This document shows positions 43,821 to 55,651 of a stretch of 64,000 nt of DNA, piece by piece. Made by a program: the position numbers and the translations under genes. Each line of letters begins with the position of its first letter. Position 1 is the first letter of the stretch. Source of the stretch: the human T2T-CHM13v2.0 reference genome, Homo sapiens; NCBI RefSeq assembly GCF_009914755.1, contig NC_060942.1; one strand, given 5' to 3'. Under the pieces are notes generated by a model. It was not told where the DNA came from. It worked only from the letters and a program-made list of their open reading frames with translations, and did no database searches.

Positions 43821-43901
43821 TTATGTTGGTGCAAAAGCAATTGCGGTTTTTGCCATTACTTTCAAATGGCAAAAACCGCAATTGCTTTTGCACCAACCTA
43901 A
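43821..43901. mobile_element. MADE1 (Hsmar1-derived mariner MITE), near-perfect palindrome
   Basis: 37-nt inverted repeats TTATGTTGGTGCAAAAGCAATTGCGGTTTTTGCCATT / AATGGCAAAAACCGCAATTGCTTTTGCACCAACCTAA around a 7-nt spacer. Confidence 0.95.
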
Positions 43902-44660
43902 TGTATGTGGTAGGCTACTTTTTATAAAATTTTGACTGTATAACATCAGGATAAATTTCCCAACAATCTAAACGAAGAAGAGGCAGCGTGATTCTCTGGA
44001 AATAACCTGAATTTTAAATTCTGAAGACTCAGATTGAAGTTCCATTTTCACTTCTAACTGGATGTGTTCAGCCACACCTGAAACATCTTTCTTGCACCTG
44101 GATTCCCGCAAAATCTTCCACTCATCTTCATTCCAAGCCTATTTCCTCACAAACCATTTTCTGTTCTTAAGTGAGAGCAGTCCTTCTAGAATCAGGTCTG
44201 ATGCTCTCATGCCTGTGATGTAAACTCTTCATGGTCTGCCTCTGTCCTGGGGATAAAGAGACAGTTCTTAACAAGCCATATAAAGATTTTGATGATCTGC
44301 CTCCTGCTTTCCTCCCCAGAAGGGCTCCCTTCACTGTTGCTGCTTCCTCCATTCTCGAATGACCTTCCCAGTCTGCTGAGTTTTTGTCAGAAGGATTCCT
44401 GCAGGCCCATTAAGTCCCAGCGCAGGTGCCCCATGCACAATGCCTGCTTCCATTTATTGTAGCATTTGCTGACACTGAGCAGCAGGAGGCAGCTTGTTCG
44501 GAAACTCTTTTCCGAGCATTGAGCAAACTTCCAGACTCAGAATCAGCACTGAAAAAGGATTTCTTCCGTAAATGAATATCTATTATGAAAAGCAAATCAT
44601 TTGATAAAATATTACATAAATATTAGCTGTTGTCACTTCTGCCTTCCTTCTTCTTTCCAG

Positions 44661-44785
44661 AAATCACCTGCTAAGAAGCTGACTAATGCATTAAGCAAGT
44701 CCCTGAGCTGTGCTTCCAGCCGTGAACCTTTGCACCCCATGTTCCCAGATCAGCCTGAGAAGCCACTCAACTTGGCTCACATCGT
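44661..44785 (+). CDS. DTNA: DTNA coding exon, 125 nt ([42 protein letters not shown])
   Basis: Acceptor ttccag|AAA, donor GT|gtgagt; phase 0 in, phase 2 out. Confidence 0.97.
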
Positions 44786-46498
44786 GTGAGTATCCCTACC
44801 CTCCCAGTATAGAGACAATTTTCTTCAAGGGCACATGTCTGGAGCCACACAAAAGCAATTTCCTATCAGTGGTCAGCAACCAAGATTTTTAATTTAGTTT
44901 AAAAAAAAAAGTCAGAGTAATGCCATCATAATTTTTTGTTGTTGTTGAGGTGTACAGTACTTCCACCAGGCTGGACAAGTAAAGTATGCAACACTAACAT
45001 AATTCACCTGGAGGTGGAAAATATTTCAGAAAGCTTAGTTATAAAATACGGATGTTAGTGGTGTCTGCACATTGGAAGTTAACAATGGGATCACTGTGGT
45101 AAAAAATGATTTACAGTATATTATTCCTTAATTTCATATGTGCTTTGAGTTCCAAATATAAAAGCTGTTTGTTTTATTTCTCTGCAGACCCAGTTTAAGA
45201 TGCCAGCAAACCTAGAAATTACTTTTGTTTTTCATCCCAAGCTGTATAACTTTAGAAGAATCATAGCCTGTGCAGGGGAAGGTTGAAGAGGGGGAGTGGC
45301 GGGAAAATTTATCAGAATATCCATAGATTCTTTTCTTCAAAGTATGTGTGAGTTTCGTGGCAGAAGGTGTTGGGCCAACAAACAGTCCTTCCAGCCATCC
45401 CTGCTACCTCCCAGAAGTTTCATGCCTTTGAACCTCTCTCAGGCCTGGGTGGCCAAGATAACAAGGGGGCTTAGGTAGAAGAAACAATTTTTTCCTTGGT
45501 GTTACCTGGGGCTCATAAGAAGAAAGAGTCTCATTACCTGCTTCTATGCACAATTAGATGTCATGTAGTCACAGATGCCTCCTTATGAACTGCCTGTAGT
45601 TTTCCACACTTCAGTGGGACCTATCACACCATAGGGCCTGTGTTTGCATGTTGACATCAAGAGGTGGGTGACGGGACCTACCGGTATAGGAATTCAACAA
45701 TGCAAAGTTCATGCTTCAGGCAGTTCAGCATATGATCCATAAGGGGCACTGTGGTGGGTATGAGACCTTCGTGGAAGCAGCAACTATGTTCTCTGATGGA
45801 CCTTAGCAAATACCACCAAACGATTTGTGTTGGGTCACGTCTGTGAGCTTTGTATAAATACTTTGGGGCTTTGTTTTGCTTGTTCCCGGGGATGCTCTGA
45901 GGCATCTCTGACCTCAGCAGTATACACAGCCTGGAGGCTCCTGTTTCTCAGCTTACAAGCTGGCATGGGCTCAGCCTCCAGAAACTAATGTAAACTAATT
46001 CTGTAGAATGTGGCTAGCTTATTTTTGGAAATTATGTTTCTATAAATAAGCCTTAAAATAAGCCAGGGGTAAATAAATCTGGGGAATGTCCCAAAGGGCC
46101 AACCACTTGCAGAAATCTACCTCACAGATGCTTATTAAGAACCTTATTAAGATCTAGACTTTCCTTCCCATAACCAATTAGACACAATCACTAAGTTGCT
46201 AATGAATGACCACAGCGAAGTGAGAGCAGCCAGTGCTCCCTGAGCTCTGCCGAGAGTAATTTCCTACCAGCCCTGCTGGGAGTTTCACCCCAAGAGAGCA
46301 GCCTTCAACAGAGCTGCTGGGTGTCATGAAGATAGAGGGTGTGGGTGTGAATAGCCTGGCTCTAAGAGCTTTGCTGCTTCCCACTCCTCCAAAGAATTAG
46401 AACGTGATGCACTGCAACGTAAAAGTCCATTTCACAGTGAGTCCCACTGGAGTATTATCTAGCTCAGGGCCTGTACCCAGTGGGTGCTAGGATTGGGT

Positions 46499-46560
46499 GG
46501 TGTGTGTGTGTGTGTGCACGTGTGTGTCTGCATGAGAGAGAGAAAGAGAGGGAGAAAGAA
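46499..46560. repeat. (TG)n followed by a (GA)-rich simple repeat
   Basis: gtgtgtgtgtgtgtgtgcacgtgtgtgtctgcatgagagagagaaagagaggg. Confidence 0.85.
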
Positions 46561-48063
46561 GTATTTAATTGGCTGAGTAATAATTTTTACATTTTGACTT
46601 ACGGGGCAATATAATCTGTTTTGTTATTTATTGAATTAACTGAGGGCTATAGCCTCACAATGCGTTCTTAGTTTATGTTCCATGGAGAGATTTTAAAATT
46701 CTGTACAAAATGTGTCTTCTGAGAAAAACCTCTATGTATTTTACCAGATCCTCAAGAGTCCTTGAATCAAAATACTGATCTCTACTCACTGATAACATAT
46801 TTTCCCAGGATGAAAGTTTTAATTTTAAAATGCAAATTGTACAAGATATTTAATTGTTGAAATAACATACAAGACATTCTGGATGTAGAATGTTAAGTCT
46901 ATATTAGAAAAGAATTTTTTTTCTATTTTTAGCCATAGAAATTTTTTCCATATTTGTTTCTTTTTCAAATGCTATTGTCATGAGTAGATATCCATGTCTT
47001 TTTTCTGAGATTTCTAATTTTAAAATGCATTGCTCATTTAACTATTCTAAATTATCATAGGCACATCAAGGCCATTGAAATGAAAAAATAAATGGTATTA
47101 AGCCTTAATCATTTACAAAGAAGAATGCTCTCTTAATCTGCTATAATGAACATGTACATGGAATTAATGAATATTCACACTTCTTCCAAATGTATGTAAA
47201 TAAGATTTTGATAAATTAGACAAAAATATATGACATTCCATACCATGTCATTTTATAATAAGCCCACTACTTTTATACAGTGCTGTACAATGGAAATAAG
47301 TGAAATTTAAGAAATAAAACACACCAATACTCCCACCTCCACTTAATGCGCTTAATTTATTACTCCCAAATATGACTTAAATTATAAAGGTCTTATGCAG
47401 AAGGAATATTGTCATAGTGCAGAAATGTGTATAGTAAGACACTTTATCATTGAGTCTCTAGCAAAAATCATCCTAAAAGTATGTTCCTTAGAACTATACA
47501 TAGCAATAAACATGTTTTCTAGCTATAGCTCTGTCTTGGTCATCCTCATTCCCTCTCTGATCTTTCCCCTTGCTTTACTAAATAATTTATTAAGCAATCT
47601 TTAATTGTAGTACAAACCACATCTTTGTCATTCTTTGGATGTAGTGTCACAAAAATATCCCAGTCCACATCAGTTACACCCATAGATAAGCTTACAGACA
47701 GAGGTAAGAAGGGAGCAGTGAGTGGGGTGCAAGCATTGGCAATATTGATGGGCATCCTCTGTCCTGTACTGATGACCTGAGGTTCTGGACATTGGGAATT
47801 ATAGCACAGACTCAAAATAAAACATTTTTTTGCCACTGTGAAAAAGTGTGTTGATTTTGTAAATTAATACAAATTCTTCAAAGACATATTCAGAAAAAAA
47901 TTCCATGATGTACATGTTTAAGTGAAGGATAACTGTATGTCCTTACATAGTGCTGAAATATGTAGAACATTATAGAGCTCATGGATATAAAATTTGATGT
48001 TGAACATTATACAGTCTTCTTAAATGCACATCTTGCTGTTTAATGATTGTGTTAAAAATTGCT

Positions 48064-48455
<392 letters not shown>

Positions 48456-48601
48456 TTAGTCCTCTAATATATATTGCATCCAAAGGTGAGCAGCAAAAGC
48501 ATTATAAGATACAAATAAAATTAAGAAAATAATAAGTGGAAAATGCTTTATCAATACATTAGAAAATATTTTTATTACTCATTTAAAACTCAAGTTCCAA
48601 C

Positions 48602-48715
48602 TTTTTCTTTTTTCTTCTTTTTTTATTTTTTGTAGAAATAGGGCCTCTCTATATTACCCAGGCTGGTCTGGAACTCCTAGGCTGAGATTACAAGTGTGAG
48701 CCACCATACCTGGCC
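48602..48715 (-). mobile_element. Alu left-monomer (FLAM-like) fragment with an internal deletion
   Basis: gtagaaatagggcctc..ccaggctggtctggaactcctaggct|gagattacaagtgtgagccacc. Confidence 0.8.
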
Positions 48716-49135
48716 ACAACTTAAATGTGAAAAAATGGCAAAAATATGGCACAGTCTGACTATGTAACAAGTTAACATTTTACAGGTAGCCTTAGATACA
48801 GTAAAAAAAAAAAAAAAAAAAATTAAATCAATAGGATTTTTAAACAGGTTGCGGTACTAATACACACACATATACACACACATACATACATTTGTATATG
48901 GAAATGAAGCATGTGACACACAGAAAATGCCATTTTTTTTTTAACTATAGCCAAGGGACTTTTTTTTTCTACCCACCTTGTAGAGAGGTGCTGCCAGTCA
49001 TGAATTAGTCCTTAAATAGAAATGAGCAGGTGGTGACATTTTGGTATTTTGACATTTGTTCTTAGCTATTGTATTGCTTGTAAATATTACCATGATTAAC
49101 GGTCTCTATTCTGTTCAATTCTTCGCTGCCAAAAG

Positions 49136-49144
49136 TGATACTTG
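49136..49144 (+). CDS. DTNA: DTNA 9-nt alternative microexon TGATACTTG, adding D-T-W
   Basis: aaaag|TGATACTTG|gtaagt; GT|T GAT ACT TG|G reads V-D-T-W; matches the known three-residue variable region of alpha-dystrobrevin. Confidence 0.93.
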
Positions 49145-50081
49145 GTAAGTAGTGCAGTCATTTCCAGTCTACTTACAAAGATGTATAATCATGATCATAA
49201 GTGGGGATGAGACACAAAACAAGTGAGCAATATGAGGCTAGTTTAGAACTAAGTCTTCTTATGCTGTACACTCAGTTCACAAGGATGCCACTTATATAAA
49301 AATGTCCTCTGTGAAGATCTTGTCCAGAAGGCCATTGTGACTTACTCTCTTTTGTGGAGCTGTTTCTTTTACATAAAACCAAATATGTTCAAAATTCCCA
49401 GTGTGAGCCATTTGTTAGATAAGGTAACTTGCCATTTGATTGTGGAAGAAATAGGAATTTCAGTCCCTCTGAAAACCATCATTTGGTGCCAGAGCTAGCT
49501 ATTCTTTGTCCAAAGTTCAACATTTCAGTGGTAGACCTTAAACAAAGCCATTTGCTGAGAAACCTTGATTTCAGCTTTGTAGTGACCAGATTCAATAGAA
49601 TACATTTATCAAGCTAGTTAAAAAGCATTCTAAATCCACTTGTTTTCTCATTTTTAGACAGAGCAAGAAGGAAAAATTTTTAAAAAAAGACAAAATCAGA
49701 AGTGTGGGGTCAAGTATTTTTTTCAACTCTTTGCAAAGCTACAATGAAGATATTATACTCTGTTCACTGTTTTAAAATCTAACAGACCAAACTTTTCATA
49801 ATTCACAGAGGACATTTGTATAAAATTAGCATCCTTCTTCCAAAGTGCTAGTGTTCAACTCAAGGCAGAATTAGTTTTAAACTAGCCTTGCGTTGCTCCC
49901 TTATATATCAAAGATATGTCTTAGATAAGTAATGCAAAACACTAAGATTGTTTTCAGAACTTCAGTTTTGTCTAGAGTAGATAAGTAGCTGTTGTTTTGG
50001 CTTCATCCAACAGATGACATGTCTTACAAAATCTCAGAGTATAGTTTAGCACCAGCTACCTTGAAAAAAGTTTTGATGAAT

Positions 50082-50246
50082 TTGTTATTTTTTATTTTTT
50101 TATTTTTATTTTTCCATAAGTTATTGGGGTACAGGTGGCATTTGGTTCATGAGTAAGTTCTTTAGTGGTGATTTGTGAGATTTTGGTGCACCCATCACTC
50201 GAGCAGTATACACTGTACCATATTTGTGATCTTTTATCCCTAACCC
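50082..50246 (-). mobile_element. L1PB-type 3' end
   Basis: T-tail then ccataagttattggggtacaggtgg..gtaagttctttagtggtgatttgtgagattttggtgcacccatcac. Confidence 0.88.
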
Positions 50247-51461
50247 CAGAGACTTATTCTAAGTCTCAATGAATTTTTGCATGTAGTATTGACATTTTAA
50301 AGCCTGCAGAGCTTCAGGTCCATTCCATTCAATACATTGGGATATGCAAGTCTACCTTTTTCCCAGAATGTCTTCATTGTAGAATCCAAAGCTGTTCTCT
50401 AAGGTAAAAATTAAACCATTTACAAATTTGGATCTTAATTATGCCAATATAAATTGATTCTTTAGGCTGCTATAATTAATGTCTCATCTTCAAAACGTTC
50501 TATACTGTCAAACTCAAATATAGAATTATAGTGAAACTGAAATTTCCTCTGATTCAGAAAATGCTCCACCTCATTTTCCATCTTTTGAACTCTAAGTCCC
50601 ATCTCATATTACCATTCATTATCCTATATTGAACCTAAAAAAGGGTAAAAATGGCTTGGAGATGAGATAGGGATCTTAGCCCTATCATTTTACCTGAACT
50701 AAAACATTCATGATGGGGAAAGAATGACAGAATGAAATGAAAATCAGATGAAGGAAGACAGACTCCATGCAGTTGGTGTGTAGAACCATGAACAATTCTG
50801 AGGAAAATTGAATTCTGTTTTCCTTCTCTTATCATAAGAAAACAAGTGAAGCTTATGGGATGCTGTACACCACATACTCTATCATATGGATCACCCAAAC
50901 AACAGAAACTAACTTCATATATCCTTGTGGAGCTTACTTGCATCTTCACTTAGAACAAAGGCAAATAAGGTATGATATGATTTTACAGCCTGTGTCCTTT
51001 CAGACCAGGCATGTTGGAGAGGCCCATCATCATGGAGAACACAGAAGGAACCTTTCAAAGCCTCAGGAATCTTCCTCTTTCCAAGAGAATATAGATTCAA
51101 TGATCAGGTCTTCAAGGCTTCTTGAGAAGGCAGTAGAAGTAAAGCCACTACCTTCTTCAAAATCCTTGCTTCATTCCAGAATATTATACAATGAAACATC
51201 AAGGCTCAAAGCTCATGCATCAGTATTCACATGGTGTCTGGAGATCTTCCTCCCAGTGTTTACCTGAGATTATATATTCTCAAGGAAATGTAACTTTAAA
51301 ACACTTAAGGAATTTAATTGGAAAATATAAGATTTCTTGTTGATCCTGGGAAAGGTAGAACCCAGATCTTCCCATCCCGTTTCCTGGAGGGATGAGGGAG
51401 AGTTTTAAATTTGTGACTTTTATTTGTTTTAACTTTCCATTCACCCTGTGTTTTGTTTTAG

Positions 51462-51545
51462 GCCTCCCAGACCTGTAACCAGCATGAACGACACCCTGTT
51501 CTCCCACTCTGTTCCCTCCTCAGGAAGTCCTTTTATTACCAGGAG
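51462..51545 (+). CDS. DTNA: DTNA coding exon, 84 nt (PPRPVTSMNDTLFSHSVPSSGSPFITR)
   Basis: Acceptor ttttag|G, donor AG|gtaagt; phase 2-2. Confidence 0.96.
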
Positions 51546-52909
51546 GTAAGTTCCAACCCTATTATAAAATAAGCCCTTTCTTTGGTAATGAGCCTTGATT
51601 CTGTGGTAAGAAAAATATTCTCATGCAAGCCAAGGGCAGAATATTGTTACTAGAAACTAACTTGCAAATATCCATTATAAGTTTTCAATTTCATTCATTT
51701 GTATGCATTTAAAGAGGGGTAGGGTGGCTTTGGGGATTAATGTCATGTCTGGAAACCTGCATTTATAATTTACCCACAGTAAGAATGTGAGGGTATGTTT
51801 CAGTTTTACTACTGACACACATGCATCCCATCTCATTAAGGAAGTCACGTTCATAGTCCTCAGAGTTGAAGTCAAAGAACTGGAATTTCAGGATGCAATG
51901 GTGTGTTACTATATAAATGGTGAAATGTGTCATTATTTAAAGCTAAGATACAAAAGAATCCTTTGTTGGTGAACCCTGGAGTTCCTGAGGCTAGAGGATA
52001 AAGACCAAACTTGGAAATGTAGTTTCCATATAAGTAATTTCACGATAATAATAAGAACTTTTTTAAAAGGTGGATCTGCATCTCATTTCTTTGCACAAGA
52101 TCCATTGCCATGTGAGCAAGAAACAGGAGAAGCAAATATTTCTCTAAGAGTTAGCATCAGACATATGCAGGGTCAAGAGGTGCTCTGAGTCATTTGATCA
52201 AATATTGCAAATCAAGCACCAGATAATTATTTTATAAATACATGGAGAAGGCTCACGGGAAAGCAAAAACAAAGGTAAGGAAAATTGGAGTGAGTAATTG
52301 AACATAAGATTTCAAATGCCTTTCAGCAGAAAAAAAGTACAGCCTCATATTTCACAAAATGCACATAATTCATCTTTTCCCTGAAGAGGTTTATAAGGTG
52401 CCAGTTTCACTGTAATATCCTGGTACATTCAACTGAGGATTTGAAGACAATGAGACTAAGAACACAGCTGATTTTTTTTCCTCTGAGTTCCTGTATGTGC
52501 CCATCAACAGGAACCTGAGATGAAGATGTTCCCCATAATTGTAATTAGCAGAATAAACAGAATATGGCAGAAAATGGGGTTTCTGATGTATAAACGAGGT
52601 CTGTAACAAGTGGAAATAAGGAAACAGTTATACAGCAGAACATCCACAGTAAAATAATATGGTTTAGGCCCTCAGTAACTTCCTTTTAGCACTCTTTTTT
52701 AGAATCACCAGCAAATGCAACCATTTTTTTTTTCTGGAATGAAATCATAAACTGTAAAATCTGTAAAAGACACAGGTCTGTGCATCTATCTAGGGAAGAC
52801 CTGATGTGATGTTTAGAAATATGTACTTTTATTAGGAAGCTCTGCATTCTGCAAATATCAAGCAGAGGTAGACCCCATCCTTACTGAAGGTCATTTTATA
52901 TCATTTCAG

Positions 52910-52940
52910 CTCGGACGGTGCTTTTGGTGGATGCGTCTAG
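52910..52940 (+). CDS. DTNA: DTNA alternative terminal exon, coding part (SSDGAFGGCV*), the short alpha-dystrobrevin-3-type C-terminus; 3'UTR runs to about 53200
   Basis: Acceptor tttcag|C TCG GAC GGT GCT TTT GGT GGA TGC GTC TAG, in frame with the preceding exon; AATAAA downstream. Confidence 0.9.
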
Positions 52941-53172
52941 ATGGATAACATGACTTCTTCTACCCTAAAATATTCCTATAATACTTTGAGCTGTTCTGGT
53001 TCCTCCAGGGTGCATGGTACCCATTAACCCAAAATATGATTATTTCCCTTTTTTCCCATTTTCAGTCATTTTGGAATGTTCTCTGTGAACCACAGTTGTG
53101 TTGTTTAAAGCTCACATTTCTTTCTGTCACCACAGAGATTGGCCTACGGTTTCTGTTTTGAGGGTGCTGTTC

Positions 53173-53178
53173 AATAAA
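53173..53178 (+). terminator. DTNA: Polyadenylation signal AATAAA of the short-isoform terminal exon
   Basis: AATAAA 233 nt after the TAG, followed by a T/GT-rich stretch (tgtctttcctctctgagtggg). Confidence 0.8.
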
Positions 53179-53268
53179 GCTGTGTACACTAAATGTCTTT
53201 CCTCTCTGAGTGGGCCTTGCTCTGTCCATGGGAAGTTTTAATGAGGTCTCATTGTTTGACTCCCTCAG

Positions 53269-53358
53269 GTTACCTGAGGGAATAAGTGCATCCAGCCCTG
53301 TGGCTGAAGAGCATTCCCTCATAAAGCTGTACGTAAATCAGCTTGATCACGGTGCACG
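53269..53358 (+). CDS. DTNA: DTNA cassette exon, 90 nt, extra syntrophin-binding-site-like helix (LPEGISASSPVAEEHSLIKLYVNQLDHGA)
   Basis: Acceptor cctcag|G, donor CG|gtcagt; phase 2-2 with an open frame; EEH.LI.LYVN.L motif. Confidence 0.92.
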
Positions 53359-55354
53359 GTCAGTATCCCAGCCCTGAATTGCTAATCGTAGTAGTAGTTC
53401 CATAGCTAGACTGATAAGTCATTCTACTCTGGCACTAAAATCCTCTCATAGTACGTCTTATTGGAGATAGAGGTCTTCTGGGGTTTAATGAAATTGTGTT
53501 GAGACTTTTCAACTTGAGCTGGACTTTGCAGCTCTTTCCTCTCCTTTCCACATATTTTATGGATTTCATAGCCTCATACCGGTATATAAGAGATGTATAT
53601 ATGTGAAATGTATCAAGCTGGATCTTGTTTGGACAAGTCTCTGCTTTTGTACAATTTGCAAAAAACCCAGATGGTAATTTCTAAGACTCTTGAATTAAGG
53701 AGTCTGTTGGAAAGATCTTTAGCATTAACTAGGTGAGGCTAGGACAATGTCATGTAGCTGGACCTCTTTGCAGTTAAAGACTTGAGGACTTGTACCTTTC
53801 TGTCCTATTGGACCTGGTCCATTTTCCCCCCAGGGAGGGAAGTCTGATTCCTAATGAAGTAACAATTTCAAAAACAGTTTCTTGCTCTCTGTGCTTATTC
53901 TCTATCACTTGATAATGCTGGTGGTGAATCACTTTTGTTTTCTTAATCGTGTCGATAAACTAAGATGGATAGAAATCTATCATGCCAGATGTAGGCAAAA
54001 GTTAAAGGTTCTATACTTCTATCATTGAAACAGAACCAAAGAAATATGACCTATGGCTCTGCCCTCACCCCTAGCCCATCCCAACAATGAAATAAAACCT
54101 AAGCAAGCCAAGTATAGTGCCAGTCAGTATAGGGCAGCACCGAGAAAGTAGAGAAGTTCTCCATATTTTATTTAGCCTAAGTTTAGTCTTTTGTATCATG
54201 ACAGATCCTAGAAAGATAAAGCTGAATGAGGCTGAATTGAAATCCCCACTCCAGAATCCTCACCACAAACTCCTGGCATTATTCACCTAGGGCCCTTCAC
54301 AAGCATACCACTTTGATCTTCAAAAGACACAGGGATATAACTTTGAAGTCTTTTGACATCCTAGTAATCTACTTCACACAGATTTATGAGTGTGTACCTC
54401 TGGTTACCAGCATCATCTGTCGCATTCCCTGTTCTTACATCTTTTCTAGCTCTGTACTTGATTCACTTTTCCCTTACTTAAAAGAAAAAAAAAGCGATTC
54501 TCAAAGGCACTCTCCCTTGGTCCTTCGAAGTCTTCTTACATGTGTGTATGTCTATGTGTGTGTGCACGTGTGCACATGTGTACATTCAGTGTTGGTCAGA
54601 AGTTAGGTAGAATGTGGGTCATATAACATAATTGATGGACCGATTCACTTCATTCATTTTCTTGATTGTAAACTGTATCCCTAATCTATTTTGTTTTCTT
54701 ATAAATTTATGGGAAAGAATGGCTGATTTGATGGAAATCTATTATCACCACTGGGGAAAGAGCTCTAAGAGCTATGTATGGTGAGCCAGCAACATTATCT
54801 AAGCTTATGAAAGTTAGTGTATTATTATTATTATTGCAGATATTATTGCAAGGACTGACCACAAAGCCAGGTCCCAAAGGCTCTTTCTCCCCTTCACTGC
54901 CCACAGCTCTGTGCCTCTTAGGATCTGCTATCTTCTTTGGCATCATGCCTCCTTTTTAAAATCTTAATTATCTTGCCATAATCATTACTTAGTTTACATG
55001 AGAAAGTTAACCAATACTTTTTAATGTCAAGTAAGCTTCTTTCACTATGGTCAAGCTTCTTCATTAGTCAGAGTAAAGACTAATGAAAAAATTAGTCACA
55101 CTTCTTTTACCTCCAATTTTAGAAACATCATTTAAAGGTTTCACAGGTATTTTCATAGTTGCAACCTCTAAAGTGGTAAGCACTCACAAAAGGAATCACC
55201 TTGACTATTCTATATAACATCTAGCCAGGTCTTATCACTCCACCAAATATTAGGAAATTGCTTACAATTCATATAGCATGTTGAACACAATCTAATGTGC
55301 TAGTTTCTGGTTTGCTGCAATAACAAGTAGTTAATTAATCATATTGTATTAGAT

Positions 55355-55651
55355 GGCCGGGCAAGGTGGCTCACGCCTGTAATCCCAGCAATTTGGGAGG
55401 CTGAGGTGAGCAGATCACCTGAGGTCAGGAGTTTGAGACCAGCCTGGCCAATGTGGTGAAACTCCATCTCTACTAAAAATACAAAAGTTGGCCAGGCACA
55501 GTGGCGGGTGCCTGTAATCCCAGCTACTCAGGAGGCTGAGGCAGGAGAATAACTTGAACCTAGGAGGCAGAGGTTGTGGTGAGCCGAGATCGTGCCATTG
55601 CACTCCAGCCGGGACAACAAGGGTGAAAATCCATCTCAAAAAAATAAAAAA
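55355..55651 (+). mobile_element. AluS (Sx/Sq-like)
   Basis: Full-length Alu; TSD-like ata(t/c)tgtattag. Confidence 0.95.

Noticed and set aside
43821-43901. Palindrome as a CRISPR repeat or a novel ncRNA gene
   Set aside because: It is a single copy with no spacers and is fully explained by MADE1 terminal inverted repeats.
44495-44518. 10-bp hairpin TGTTCGGAAA-CTCT-TTTCCGAGCA
   Set aside because: A short stem with one wobble pair is expected by chance, and there are no other ncRNA hallmarks.
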